A stretch of DNA of 64,000 nt from Chiloscyllium plagiosum. Lineage: Eukaryota. Of the stretch, positions 1 to 11,670 are shown in pieces. Made by a program: the position numbers and the translations under genes. Each line of letters begins with the position of its first letter. Position 1 is the first letter of the stretch. Where the stretch lies: NCBI RefSeq assembly GCF_004010195.1, contig NC_057719.1:9968170-10032169 (forward strand), read 5' to 3'. The notes beneath the pieces are model-generated. The model ran no database searches, had not been told where the DNA came from, and was given only the letters and a program-made list of their open reading frames with translations.

Positions 1-366
1 TGTTCCCTGAAGCGCTCTGCTAGGAGGCGCCCAGTCTCCCCAATGTAGAGGAGACCACATCGGGAGCAACGGATACAATAAGTGATATTGGCGGATGTGC
101 AGGTAAAACCTTGATGGATGTGGAAGGCTCCTTTAGGGCCTTGGATAGAGGTGAGGGAGGAGGTGTGGGCGCAGGTTTTGCAGTTCCTGCGGTGGCAGGG
201 GAAAGTGCCAGGATGGGAGGGTGGGTCGTAGTGGGGCGTGGACCTGACCAGGTAGTCACGGAGGGAACGGTCTTTGCGGAAGGCAGAAAGGGGTGGGGGA
301 GGGAAAAATATCCCTGGTGCTGGGGTCTGTTTGGAGGTGGCGGAAATGTCGGCGGATGATTTGGTT
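1..366 (-). mobile_element. Penelope-like element ORF fragment (Zn-finger linker + GIY-YIG endonuclease), runs off window edge
   Basis: Minus frame reads PGTFPCHRRNCKTCAHTSSLTSIQGPKGAFHIHQGFTCTSANITYCIRCSRCGLLYIGETGRLLAERFREH, the typical PLE Cys-rich linker plus YCI...YIGETGR motif. Confidence 0.9.
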
Positions 367-732
367 TTAGTAAGTATTTTCTGCACTTGTTAAGCTGGGG
401 GATGAAATGTTATCAGGAGGAAGTGGAAATTCAGAACTGAGGTTATAGTCAGATCAGCCATCATGTAATTAAATGGTGGAGCAGGCTTGAGAGGCCTGAA
501 TTGTCTTCTCTATCTGAGGATAACAGTGTGTCTATCCTGAATCCACCAACTCCTTTCTAGCTGAGTAACAAAGATCGGACCTCGAATGAGTGGGAAGCAG
601 GTAAAAGCAAGATGGAGGGAACTGAAGAGAGCTGGGATGTGGGTGTGAGGCAGCAGGGGCGGGGCATGGTTTCAAATTAAAATTGAACAGCCAGAAAGAG
701 GGGCAGACATAGATGGGCAGGAACGTACATAC

Positions 733-774
733 ATCCAGACAGGAACTCAAATTCACGCGGGGGAAAACGCATTC
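733..774 (-). CDS. Candidate 42-nt internal exon of an unidentified host gene (ECVFPRVNLSSCLD in phase 0, or xMRFPPREFEFLSG in phase 1)
   Basis: Minus strand: ...ttttctgcattttgcttttctgtgtttgtctcAG|exon|GTATGT. There is no AG for ~77 nt upstream, the length is a multiple of 3, CpGs are retained and the context is non-repetitive. Confidence 0.45.
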
Positions 775-1010
775 CTGAGACAAACACAGAAAAGCAAAAT
801 GCAGAAAACGTAAAATAAATCAACAAGCAAAGATGAAGTTGAAGACAAACAGACTGCACAGTACGTAGAACCATTCAGAAATAGATCACAAGCAAAAGGT
901 GTGAATTTTACAAAGATTAAATTTGGAATTTTTGAAAATAAAAATATACAGCAACACAGAAGCGTACATACAAAGATCAGTACAATCCAGAGAGATTGGG
1001 CATAGGACCG

Positions 1011-1135
1011 TCCTGATGAAGAGCTTATGCTTGAAATGTCAACTCTCCTGCTCCTCGGATGCTGCCTGACTGGCTGTGCTTTTCCAGCACCAGTTTTTGA
1101 CTCTGATCTCCAGCATCTGCAGTCCTCACTTTCTC
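1011..1135 (+). mobile_element. PLE terminal repeat (family A), single arm with degenerate hammerhead core
   Basis: cctgatgaagagcttatgcttgaaatgtc...ctccagcatctgcagtcctcactttctc, same family as 11214, 29219 and 61640. Confidence 0.8.
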
Positions 1136-1537
1136 ATAGAACTAATTAGAGATAGTCAGCGAGGGTGGTCTTGTCTCATAAATTTGATTGAGCTTTTCAG
1201 GAAAGTGACAAAGATGATTGATGAGGGGAGAGCGGTCGAAGCTATCTGCACGGACATTACTAAAGTATTTCTGGCCTCCTTCATGGTAGGCTAGCCAGAA
1301 GATTAAATCACATGGGATCCACGGTGAATTGGCAAGTTGGATACAAAATTGACTTGACCATAGAAGACAGAGGTTGGTTGTGGAGAAGTGGTTATCTCAC
1401 TGGAGGTTTATGACCAGTGGTGTTCCACAGGAATCTGTGCTAGTACTTCTGTTGGTCATTATAGACATAATAATGATTTGGATGAAACATCAGTGGTCTG
1501 ATTAGTAAGTTTGCAGATGACATGAAAATTGGTTCAA

Positions 1538-1800
1538 TTGTTGTGGTTCTGTTCGCCGAGCTGGGAATTTGTGTTGCAGACGTTTCGTCCCCTGTCTAGG
1601 TGACATCCTCAGTGCTTGGGTGATTCCTGTGAAGCGCTTCTGTGATGTTTCTCACATCACAGAATCACTTCACAGGAGGCTCCCAAGCACTGAGGATGTC
1701 ACCTAGACAGGGGACGAAACGTCTGCAACACAAATTCCCAGCTCGGCGAACAGAACCACAACAACGAGCACCCGAGCTACAAATCTTCTCACAAACTTTG
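1538..1800 (+). mobile_element. PLE-derived palindromic insertion (family B): perfect 83-bp arms 1538-1620/1682-1764, ~35-nt tail
   Basis: Arms are exact reverse complements and the spacer is also self-complementary. TSD ttggtt(c/g)aattgt at 1529-1541 and 1798-1810. Confidence 0.9.
1687..1726 (+). ncRNA. Minimal type I hammerhead ribozyme motif (mirror copy 1576-1615 on minus)
   Basis: gca-CTGAGGA-t-gtcacct agac aggggac-GAAA-c-GTC^tgc, with stem I gca/tgc, stem II, and palindromic ACGT stem III. Confidence 0.8.
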
Positions 1801-3116
1801 GTTGAATTGTGGATAATGAGGAAGCTTGTGAAAAGTTACAGCAAGATCAGTCAGAATGTTGGGTGGAGAAATGGACTATAGAGTTTAATCCAGACAAGCG
1901 TGAGGCAATACATTTTGGGAGGTCAAATGCAAGACCAAAGTTTCCAGTAAATGGCAGGACTCTTAGGAGCAGTCATATACAGAGAGACTTTGGGGTGCAA
2001 GTCCACAGCTCCCGAAAGTGACAACACGAGTGGATAAAGTGGTAAAGAAGGCATTTGGCACACTTGCCTTCAATGGTCAGGGCACTGAGTACAAACATTG
2101 GCAAGTCATGCTGCAGCTGTATAAGACTTTAGTTTGGCCACATTTGGAGTACTGTGTGCAGTTCTGGTTGCCACACTATCGGGGAAGAATGTGAAGGCTT
2201 TGAATAAGGTACACAAGAGGTTTACTGGGATACTGCCTGGTTTGGAGTGTATTAGCTCTAAGAAGAGGTTGAACAAACTTGAATTATTTTTGCTGGAGTG
2301 TTGAAGGTTGAGGGGTGACCCGATGTAAGCATATAAAAATTACTGGAGGCATGGATAGGATGGATAGTCAGAGTCTATTTCCCAAAGTGGAAATGTCCAT
2401 TACTAGGGAGCATAGGTTTAAGGTGAGAGTGGGGAGAGGTTAAAAGAGATGTGCGAGTAAAGTTTCTTTTAGACAGAGGGTGGTTTGCGGCTGGAACATG
2501 CTGTTAGGAGAGATGGTAGAAGCAGACATGATAGCAAAGTTTAAGAGGCATTCAGACAGACACATCAACAGGCAGAGAATAGAGAGATATGTACCACACA
2601 CAGGCAGGTTGGATTAGTTTAGAATGGCATCATGGTTGGCACAGACATGGTGGGCCGAAGGGCCTGTTCCTGTGCTGTACTGCTTTATGTTTATAGAACG
2701 GGTCACAGAGACAGAGAGGACATTCAGAAATTAAAATAAACATTTCAAAAGTCACACACATGTTCACAAATGAAATAGAGCTCACCATGATACATTGAGA
2801 AAGACAACACATGTCAGGTCACAAAAATACTCCAACATTTGAGCAAAGCCACAGGAGATCCAACCATCATTTGCTGGCTGACCCTTCAACCAGATTATCC
2901 TCAACTCCCTCATTCACACTGCTACAGAAATAGATTGGTACAGAACATAGAATTCGTACTTGACTCCTATTCAGGGTTACAAAACTGCTTAGTTTTTCCT
3001 CACAGTTTAATACAGTGTTGTGAAGTTAAAAGACATGGACCACAGGCAAATAAACTGCCCTCAAATAAAATGACTAATTTCTGAGGTTCTTAATGTGCTG
3101 TCCTTTCTAACCATCT

Positions 3117-3283
3117 AGAAGTCGACACTCGGGTGTAACACTTCTTCAGCCTTCTTCAACCCTTCTACATCCTGAAGAAGGGTTACACCCGAAATGTCGA
3201 CTTCTCCCCCTCCTGATGCTGCCCTGCCTTGCTGTGTTCTTCCAGCCTCCTGCCCATCTACTTTGGATTCCAGCATCTCCAGC
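3117..3283 (+). mobile_element. PLE-derived short hairpin insertion (family A-related) with hammerhead core
   Basis: agaagtcgacactcgggtgtaacacttcttcag is inverted against ctgaagaagggttacacccgaaatgtcgacttct; ends ttccagcatctccagc. Confidence 0.75.
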
Positions 3284-5604
3284 TTTTTTTTTTGTCTTTC
3301 TAACTGTAGCACCTTCATCAGCAATATAATAAACCCACAAGCCATGTCACACCACATTGATTTGGTACATTTCTTTAGCAATCTACCTAGCTTCTGAGTT
3401 GCCAGAAATGGAAGGGGAGCAACTGTCCTTGTCTTCCAAACAGAACTAATTGCACAAAGTATGAGGTATGCAAAACTATTTCAGAATGTGACAATGACTG
3501 CTCTTTGGTGAAACTGTAAAGCAGTCACTACATTATTAGGACACCTTCTATGCCCTCAGGATTCTACAAAATGCTTGATGGCCAATGAAGTTTGTGTGGT
3601 CAGCAGAGGTATGGAACCATGTGGACCTCTGCACACCACCTCTTATCAAGAAGGTCTGCTGCATCCTGATACAACAAGGCAATTAACAGGCCAAAGATGG
3701 GCCCAAACCCCCATCAAGAATCCTGAGGGCAAACATACTGCAGTCAATCAGAGTCTGGACAATCTACTGAACAGCGGCGCCACTGGGAAGATAGTGGTTG
3801 ATGCCAGTACGTCACCCACTCAAGACTAAGGATGGTCACAGGCTCTCAGGCCGGAGGTGACAGAAGGAGAGATGCAAGAGGTGGATCTACTCGGAAGAGT
3901 GAGGTCCTCAGAAACAAGGGGAATTTGTGCTCCTGGCCCCCTTTTCCAAGGCCAGGACCCTCCACCGGGCACCGAGTACCTTTGAAGGATGGGACGCCAG
4001 GGTTAAAATGTCATCTCACCCCTATCCTATAATGATGAGTACCCCACCTGCTGGACAGAGGCAGCAGGATAGAGCCCTGAAGTAGTCATTAATTGGTCTC
4101 TTAGGGTACTCCATTGACGGTAGGTCAGGAAGGCTGCCCTGCTGCCTGCCACCAAACATATCATGGAGAGACAGCACAACAATTTCCATAGCCATAGACT
4201 ACAGCATTTTGTGTGTAGCAGACAGTTTGTTTTATTGCATGTTTTATTAACACAATTGTAAAGGTGCTATACTTAGCAAGAGGGTTGAACGATTGGACAC
4301 GGAACTCCCAGTATCACTTATTTATTGGATCATATAATCTATTTCAAGGCTTTTACTCCTGTCTTTGGTTCAAGGTAGTAAGTGAAATACTGCTTGTTTT
4401 TTTGAAAATCCGTTCCCGGTATATGGGCACCATGGATTACATCATCCACCACAATTGCCTTTAAGATGGGGCTGGTAATCAGCTTCATGGCATTGACTGA
4501 CTTCTGAGATCATTACCATCAGCATAAAGAGTCAGTCATATTACTGACAGCTTGGAGCCATATATAGGGTAGACTATGTAAAGATGTCAGATTTCCATCC
4601 CCAAAAAACACGAATGATCCAATCGTAATTTATGACTGTCGAGTAGTTTTACGATCAACATTGCTTATATTAGCTCTTCATTCTAGATTTATTTAATTAT
4701 GGGAATTTAAATACCCTAGCTGCTGTAATGGGATAAAAACTTGTCTATCTGGTTCAATGGTGCTGGTCTCTGGGGATTATACAATACATTCACTACCATC
4801 CCAAAAAATGACAATCATTCTTAGGCTGAAAGGCTTAGTGTGGAGAAAAAAAAATGGCTTTTACTCTTAAATAACTATCTAATTATCTCTGTAGGAAAGC
4901 AAAGGAGGACTCACAATTACACCTTGCCCACTACACAGTAACGACTTTGTGCGCTTAAAACAAGGGTATATGTAAAAGTCCCTTAAACACACTGCACCAG
5001 TCACGGCTGACCCATATCCTATATCCACATATCTACATCAAAGGTACTGCTTCACAGTGCAATGTGGGCTTCTATGAGTTAGCAAAGCAAATATGGCAGA
5101 TGTTCTTTTACAAAGCACAATGCCAGAAGCAATGAGTCATGAATCTGCCCTTGCTGAGGTTGCCTCAGAAAGACATGTTGATTTGGTGACTGGACAAGTG
5201 CCTTGCTTTTGATTTGTTCGATGAAATCCAACATTCATCTCGACCGCTTGAACAGAGAAATCATTGAAAACAAAACAAATGATGATAGTTTAATTGCTGT
5301 CTTGTGGTCAGACAGTGCAAAGAAATCTTCACCGATTAGGTGATGGTCCTCTCCTCAGTGCAGTGGACCTTTACAGTCATGTCATCCTTGCAAGTCAAAC
5401 TAAACGCATGTTTTACAGCAGATGTGTTTTATGCAGCTGCTCTATTTAAGGAGCTGTGGGCGATCAACAAATCATGCATCACCTACACCCAACTGTTTTA
5501 AAATGCGTGACTGTCGAGTGTTTTTAAGAAACCATTTTGGTAAACACTTATGCTTTGCTTTATTCAAACTGCAAGAGAATGGGAGTAGGATGAATCCAAA
5601 CAAA

Positions 5605-5885
5605 TATTCTTTTCAAATTCATTCATAAGATGTGGGTGTTGATGATTAGACCAGCATTTACTGCCTATTTCTAATTGCCCAGAGGCTAGTTAAAAGTGTC
5701 AACAACATTGCCACGGGTCTGGAGTCACATGCAGGCCAGAGCAGGTAATGATGGCAGTTTTCTTCCCTAAAGGGCATTGGTGAATCAGATGGTTTTTTTC
5801 CAACAATCGCAATGTTTCGTAATCATCATTAGGTACTTAACTCTAGGTTTCCTTCTTATTTGATCAGCCATGGTGGGATTTGGTT
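5605..5885 (-). mobile_element. tRNA-derived SINE with L2-like tail (older copy also ~4455-4800)
   Basis: Reverse match to the 19845-20175 family (ggtctggagtcacatg, cagcattta tail). Confidence 0.65.
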
Positions 5886-6837
5886 GACTTTGATTGTTAT
5901 TTGATGCAAGTAACAATAAAAACAGATGCACATGAATTAAGCAAGTGTTTGGACAAACCAGGGTTCTTTCTGTGGAGCACGGTGCAATGCCCTTGCCTCT
6001 GACCCAGCCCATCTGAGGCTTCCTGACACGCCGCTCCCTCTGATCATCTTGCCAGCCTCTTGTCTATCACCTTCTTATGGGCTCATTCTAAACTCTGCCA
6101 CCTTTGTCTTACACAGCTTCAAGTCTAGCTCACCCATCATCACATTGGCTCACTGACTGAGGTTCAATGACAGTTCAAAGTATCCCATATTACTGGGAGA
6201 AGAAAATCACTGGCATCTTCAGAAAACACTTCAGCCAAAGTTACAAAACTCAGTGGTGTGGAGGTCATAAACAAGTCATTAGATTAATAAAGATCAGAGA
6301 CGCCTGTGGTTCCTCTTTATTCTTCTATCTGAGAAACAGATGGTGATTGTTCCCTTTATCACGGAACGTATTGGAGTTACCGTTGGATTGGGTGGAATTT
6401 TCCCCTGACAGGGATGGTTGTGGGAAGGGCAAATAATCACAGAATCACAGAAGGAGGCCATTCGGCCCATTGTGCCTTCACCGACTGCTCAAGCAAGTCT
6501 CAATACGACGTGCCAATTTCCTGTTCTCTCCCCATACCCTCCAAATATGATCTAATACTTTCTTGAATGCCTCAATTGAAACCTCTTCCACCACATTTCC
6601 AGGGAACGAATTCCATACCTGAACGAATCACTGAGTGAAAAATATTCACCACACTTCAGGTTTGATAGTTTTGCATATTATTTTAAGTCTACACTCTAAC
6701 TCTATCACTTTGAATGATCTGTGCATCATCTGCAACATAGCCTCACCCTCATCTGCAACGTAGCCACCCGCTCCACCAATTGGTCTCTACCTTCGGGAGT
6801 TTTACATTGTTCTCCTCACAGATTACAGTTCTTGGAG

Positions 6838-7560
6838 TGCAATGGAGGTTCACCAGGATGTTGCCTGGGATGAAGGACTTTATCTAAAAAGAGAATCTGG
6901 ATAAGCTCAGGGTGTTTCCTTTGCAGTAGAGAAGGCTGAGCAGGGTCTCATACAGCAGTGTATAAGATTATGAGGGCCATGAATAGAATAGAATTCCTAC
7001 AGTGTGGGAACAGGCCATTCAGCAAAACAAATCCACACTGACCCTCTGAAGAGTATCTCACCTTGACCCATCCCCTGCCCTCAACCCTGTAAATGCACCT
7101 AACCCTACACATCGCTGTGCACACTATGGGTAATTTAGCATGGCCAATCCACCAAACTCGCACAGGTTTGGAATGTGGGAGGAAACCAGAGCACCTGGAA
7201 GAAACCCACGCTGACACGGGGAGAATGTGCAAACTCCACACAGAGAGTCACCTGAGGGTGGAATCGAACCCATGCCCATGGTGCTGTGAGGCAACAGTGC
7301 TAGGGACAGGGTGAATAGAAAGCGGTTGTTCCCCTTAGTTGAAGGGTTAATAAAAAGGGGGCATGATTTTAAAGTGAAAGGCTGGAGGGTGAGATGGGAT
7401 TTGAGAGAAACTGTTTTCACCCAGAGGGTGGTGGGTTTGGAGTGCACTGTCTGGGAAAATTGTTGAGATGGAAACTTCACAAACTTTAAATAGTATTTGG
7501 ATGAGCATTTAAAATGTCACAACATTCAAGGCTATGGGCTTTGTTTAGGTGTTAGTGCAT
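6838..7560 (+). mobile_element. CR1 LINE 3' fragment interrupted by HE1 SINE
   Basis: gaggttcaccaggatgttgcctgg...ttcacccagagggtggtg CR1 ORF2 C-terminal motifs. Confidence 0.8.
6981..7302 (-). mobile_element. HE1-type V-SINE
   Basis: tRNA-like head, V-domain (gtgtggagtttgcacattctcccc), HER1-like tail ending ctgtaggaattcta. Confidence 0.85.
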
Positions 7561-8244
7561 TTCTGGCATTACAATTTTCTGAATCCAAGTTTTGTGTTAT
7601 CTACACACTGGGAAGTTTCCCCTGCGCACCAACATCTAGTTCATAACTGACTAGGCTATGGGAGATACATGCCTGTTCCTCAAGAATATAAGTTCTGAGC
7701 GGGAAGTCCAATGGTCAATCCTGCCACCCTACCATGAAATAATGACTACGCCAGAACTTCATCCTGCATGGTCTGCAATTACAGAATGAGAAAAAAAAAT
7801 CATCCTATGGGACCAATCAACCAGAGTGATCAAGGGGAGGGGGGAGGGGGGAGGCTAATCTCTCAATCTGCCCCTTTTTGAACAAGACTGAGGGACTGAA
7901 CCTAGAGGCCACAACCCTGCCCTCATTTCTGATAATCTCCCACACTCCCCACTTGAACCCCAACCCTGATTCTGAAATCTGTTGCAATCTGGAGATGGTG
8001 ATTTCTGATTAGCCCACTGCTTCAGATGGGCTGAATGACCTCCTTGATGTAAGAACAGGAGAAGGCTTTCTGACCAAGGTAGACCACAGGTTTCTCTTCC
8101 TGAAACATCCCTCGCTGATAATGCAAATATTCCACCTAATGTTTCCATCTCTACTTCCCTGCCCTGAGTACTGTCCAAATGTGAAGATGTGAAAGATTTT
8201 CCAACATCCATCTGAAATTATTCTTTCTCCAATTACCGTCAAAT

Positions 8245-9475
8245 GCCTCTGGTCCCTTTACTTGAAGAACAACGTAATTGGATTGGAGGCAGTTCAGAAG
8301 AGGTTCACTGGATTAATTCAAGGATAAGTGGTTTGTCTTATGAAGACCTGGGGTACATTGCTCCTTGAAAATGGTGTCACAGGTCAACAGGGTGTTGAAG
8401 AAGGCATTTGCACGCTTACCTTTGTTAGTCAGAACACTGAGTATTGGAGTTGGAATGTCATGTTGCGGCTGTACAGGACACTGGTGAGGCCACTTTTGGA
8501 ATACTGCGCATTATTCTAGTTTCCCTCCTATAGGAAGGATGTTGCTAAAATTGAGAAGGAGCAGAAAAGATTTACAAGAATGTTGCTGGGACTGAAAAGT
8601 TTGAGCTATTGGGAGAGGCTAATAGGATGGGGACCTTTTTTTTTACCCTGGAGCACTGGAGGCTGAGGGGTGATCTTATAGAAGTTTATAAAACCAGAAG
8701 GGTCATGGATAGGATGAGTAGACAAGGTCTTTTTCCCAGGGTGGGGGAGTTCAAAACTAGAGGGCTTAGGTTTAAGGTAAGATGGGAAAAATTTGAAAAG
8801 GACCTGAGGAGTAACTTGTGTATGCAGAGGCTGATGCATGTGCTGTCAGAGGAAATGGTGGAGGATGTTACAATTACAACAGTTAAAAGGCATCTGGATG
8901 GGTACAAGAATAGAAAGGGTTCAGATGGATATGAGCCAAATGTTGGCAAATGAGACTCGGTCAGATTGGGATGTCTGGTTGGCATGGACATATTGGGCTG
9001 AAGGGTCTGTTTCTGTGCTGTATGATCTATGACTAAAAGAAAATGTGCAGTTTAGGGTAATACTCATTATAAGTTTAGAAATGCGAGATGGATCTAATTG
9101 AGCCATATAAGATGCTCAAGATGTTTGGCAAATAAGATGGAGAGACGATATTTCCTCTTGGGGGACAATCTAGAAAGTGAGGTGATTGCTTTAGGATAAG
9201 GGCTAGCAGATTTAAAACAGAGATGAGAAAGAATTACTTCTCTCAAAGGATTGTGAATGTGTGGAATTCACTGTCCCAGAAGTGGATACAGGGACATTGA
9301 TTAAATGTAGTGAAGAGATTGACAGATTTTTAATTAGTAATGGGTGAATGGATAATGGGGAGTGGGCAGGGAAGTGGAGCTGAGGCCAAGATGGGTTCAG
9401 CTATATATTGAATGGCGGAGCAGGTCCAGGGGGGATTTAAAATTGTCTACACCTACTCCTGGTTCTTACGTTCTT
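8245..9475 (+). mobile_element. CR1 3' fragment with nested HER1 3' fragment (~8365-9033)
   Basis: LRLYRTLVRPLLEYC and RLRGDLIEVYK motifs; two different CR1 3' UTRs. Confidence 0.85.
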
Positions 9476-10242
9476 TGATCTTGCTTCTTAGTTTGCTTTT
9501 TGTTACTGCTTCAGATCTTTAATCCCACCTCAACATCCCACCTACAAGACCCCTTGCCCAGTCACCTCATTTCAAAGGCAACACAGTCCTGTTTGTATTG
9601 TGAACACCAGGGGTCAGTCCTGGGGATTTTGTCTGTCAGTGATACCTCAGATCACAGTCCATGGATGTGGCAATAACAGAAAATGTTCTCCATTTTCACC
9701 AAAGGAAAGGAAAAAATGTGCCCTTGTTTCATGCAACTAATCATTTCAGTTAAGAACACAGTATAGTTTTGCATCTGTTGTGACAAGTGATTAAATGTTC
9801 GAGATATTGATGCAGTGACTTCTATGAAGCACTAATTTGATTGCACTATTGCTTAAGCTATCATTTCATCAGTGATTTCCCCAAGTAATTGTTTCAAACA
9901 ATAAGAAATGTTATGTTATCATTTTTCATATTTATGTTCTATTTAACAGCTTACTGAAGCAGCTAATTTTGATTAGTCTTTGGCAGAGTCATGGGTAGAG
10001 GAGGGGGTGATGTTCAACTGAAAAAAGTCGCAACAAATAATTCATTAAACTGGGCGCGTTTAAATCCAAAAAGGTTTCACAAAAACAACAAATCTGCAAT
10101 GAACACTCACAAAACAACTTCAAAGGGAGAGGGGGTTGAGGTGGGATGCTAACTGCACTTAACTATCGGTTTGTGTTCTCTCTCCATGCCTTCGAATCCA
10201 CAAAAAAAAACTTTCATTTACGATATAATGAATCAAATAAAG

Positions 10243-10675
10243 CAGCAGGTTAGCTCAGTTGGCTGGATGGCTAGTTTGCAAGGTAGAATGAAGCCAACAG
10301 TGAAAGCTCAATTCCAGCACTGGCTGAGGCTACCAGAGAGGATCTCCTTCTCAACCTCTCCCCTTCCTTGAGGTGTAATGCACCTCATGTTAAGTCACCA
10401 CGAGTCGTCTCTCTCTAATGAGAGAGCAACCCTATGGTCTTTTAAGGCTATGGTTGCTTTACCAACAGTGGGTATTCTGGATTGCAGTATCGAGTTGCCT
10501 CCATTAAGACAGACAATAAAATGTAAAGAAAGTCTTACCAGACCATAGGGCTGCTCTCACATTAGACAGAGATGACAGGTGGTGGTTTAACTTGATAGGC
10601 CCCATGTTTCAAGCAAGGGGAGAGATTGAGAAGGAGAGTCCTTCATGGTAACCTCAGCCGGTATGGGAATTCCAC
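10243..10675. mobile_element. Two copies of a short tRNA-headed SINE in inverted orientation (10243-10462 +, 10528-10675 -)
   Basis: ggttagctcagttggctgg...ctcaattcc A/B-box-like head; the second copy is the reverse complement of the body (ccctatggtc / gaccataggg). Confidence 0.65.
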
Positions 10676-10774
10676 TCTCACTCTATTTTGCAACTCAATC
10701 AAATGGGAGATACACACAGCTAGTCAGACAATAAATGTGGAGAAAGGGAAACAGAGTTAATGTTTCAAAAAAAA

Positions 10775-11670
10775 ATGAAGGGGCGCTCATAGAAACCTAT
10801 AAAATTCTAAAAGGACCAGCCAGAATAAATGCAGAAAGGATGTTCCCGATGACAGGGGAGTCCAGAACTAAAGAGATTGGGCGGACCATTTAGGATTGAG
10901 ATGAGGAGAAACCTCTTCACCCAGTGAGTGGTGACCCTGTGGAATTCTCTGTCACAGAAGGCAGTCAAAACCAAAACACTGAATGTTTTCAAGAAGGAGT
11001 TAGACATAGTTCTTAGGGCAAAGGAAATCCAAGGGAATGCAAAGAAAGTGGGAAACAGGGTACGGAGTTGGATGATTAGCCATGACCATAATGAAGGGCA
11101 CAGAAGACTTGAAGGGCCAATTGACCATAAGTCAATAAGGTATAGGAACGGAATTAGGCCATTCTGTCCATTGAGTCTACTCCACCATTCGATCATGGCT
11201 GATGTGTTTCTTAAGTTGAAAAGTGTGGTGCTGGAAAAGTGCAGCAGGCCAGGCAGCATCCCAGGAGCGGGAGAATCGACGTTTCGGGCATAAGCCCTTC
11301 TTCAGGAATGGGGCTCATGCCCGAAACGTCGATTCTCCTGCTCCTGGGATGCTGCCTGGCCTGCTGCGCTTTTCCAGCACCACACTTTTCAACTCTGGTC
11401 TCCAGCATCTGCAGTTCTCACTTTCTCCTAGTTGATGTGTTTCTTAACCCCATTTCCCTGCTTTCCCCACAACCCTATGTCCCCTTACCAATCAAGAACT
11501 TCTACATCTCTGTCATAAATACACTCAATGACTTGGCTCCACAGCCCACTGTGGCAATGTGTTCCATAGATTATCCATGCTCTGGCTGAAAAAAAATCCT
11601 CCTTATCTCAGTTCGAAAGGGTTCTCCCTTCACTCGGAGTGACCTACTCCAGTTCCTATTTTCTACGTTT
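10775..11670. mobile_element. Tail-to-tail CR1 3' fragments (10775-11120 +, 11125-11670 -)
   Basis: VVTLWNSLSQKAV...FKKELD motif plus 3' UTR on +; reverse 3' UTR on -. Confidence 0.8.
11214..11432 (+). mobile_element. PLE family A palindromic insertion with 15-bp TSD
   Basis: Arms 11214-11297/11311-11393; TSD tgatgtgtttcttaa at 11200-11214 and 11433-11447; full hammerhead core on minus strand 11276-11307. Confidence 0.9.

Larger units (their letters stand above)
1138..2695 (+). mobile_element. CR1/HER1-type LINE, RT region + 3' UTR, decayed, interrupted by a PLE hairpin
   Basis: Frameshifted RT motifs (SCLINLIELF, SGVPQESVL, ISKFADDMKIG) and 3' end gggccgaagggcctgttcctgtgctgta. Confidence 0.9.

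Noticed and set aside
3600..4150. GC-richer block faintly resembling reverse 23300-23800
   Set aside because: Probably an old repeat family, but the similarity is too weak to support by eye
4894..4964. Possible plus-strand exon (ESKGGLTITPCPLHSNDFVRLKQG) or overlapping minus 39-nt exon ending at gtgagt
   Set aside because: Weak donor or acceptor, unrecognised peptides, no supporting neighbouring exons
11214..11432. Palindromes as DNA-transposon MITEs or CRISPR repeats
   Set aside because: The asymmetric tail outside the inverted arm, variable long TSDs and linkage to PLE ORFs argue for PLE origin; there is no spacer array
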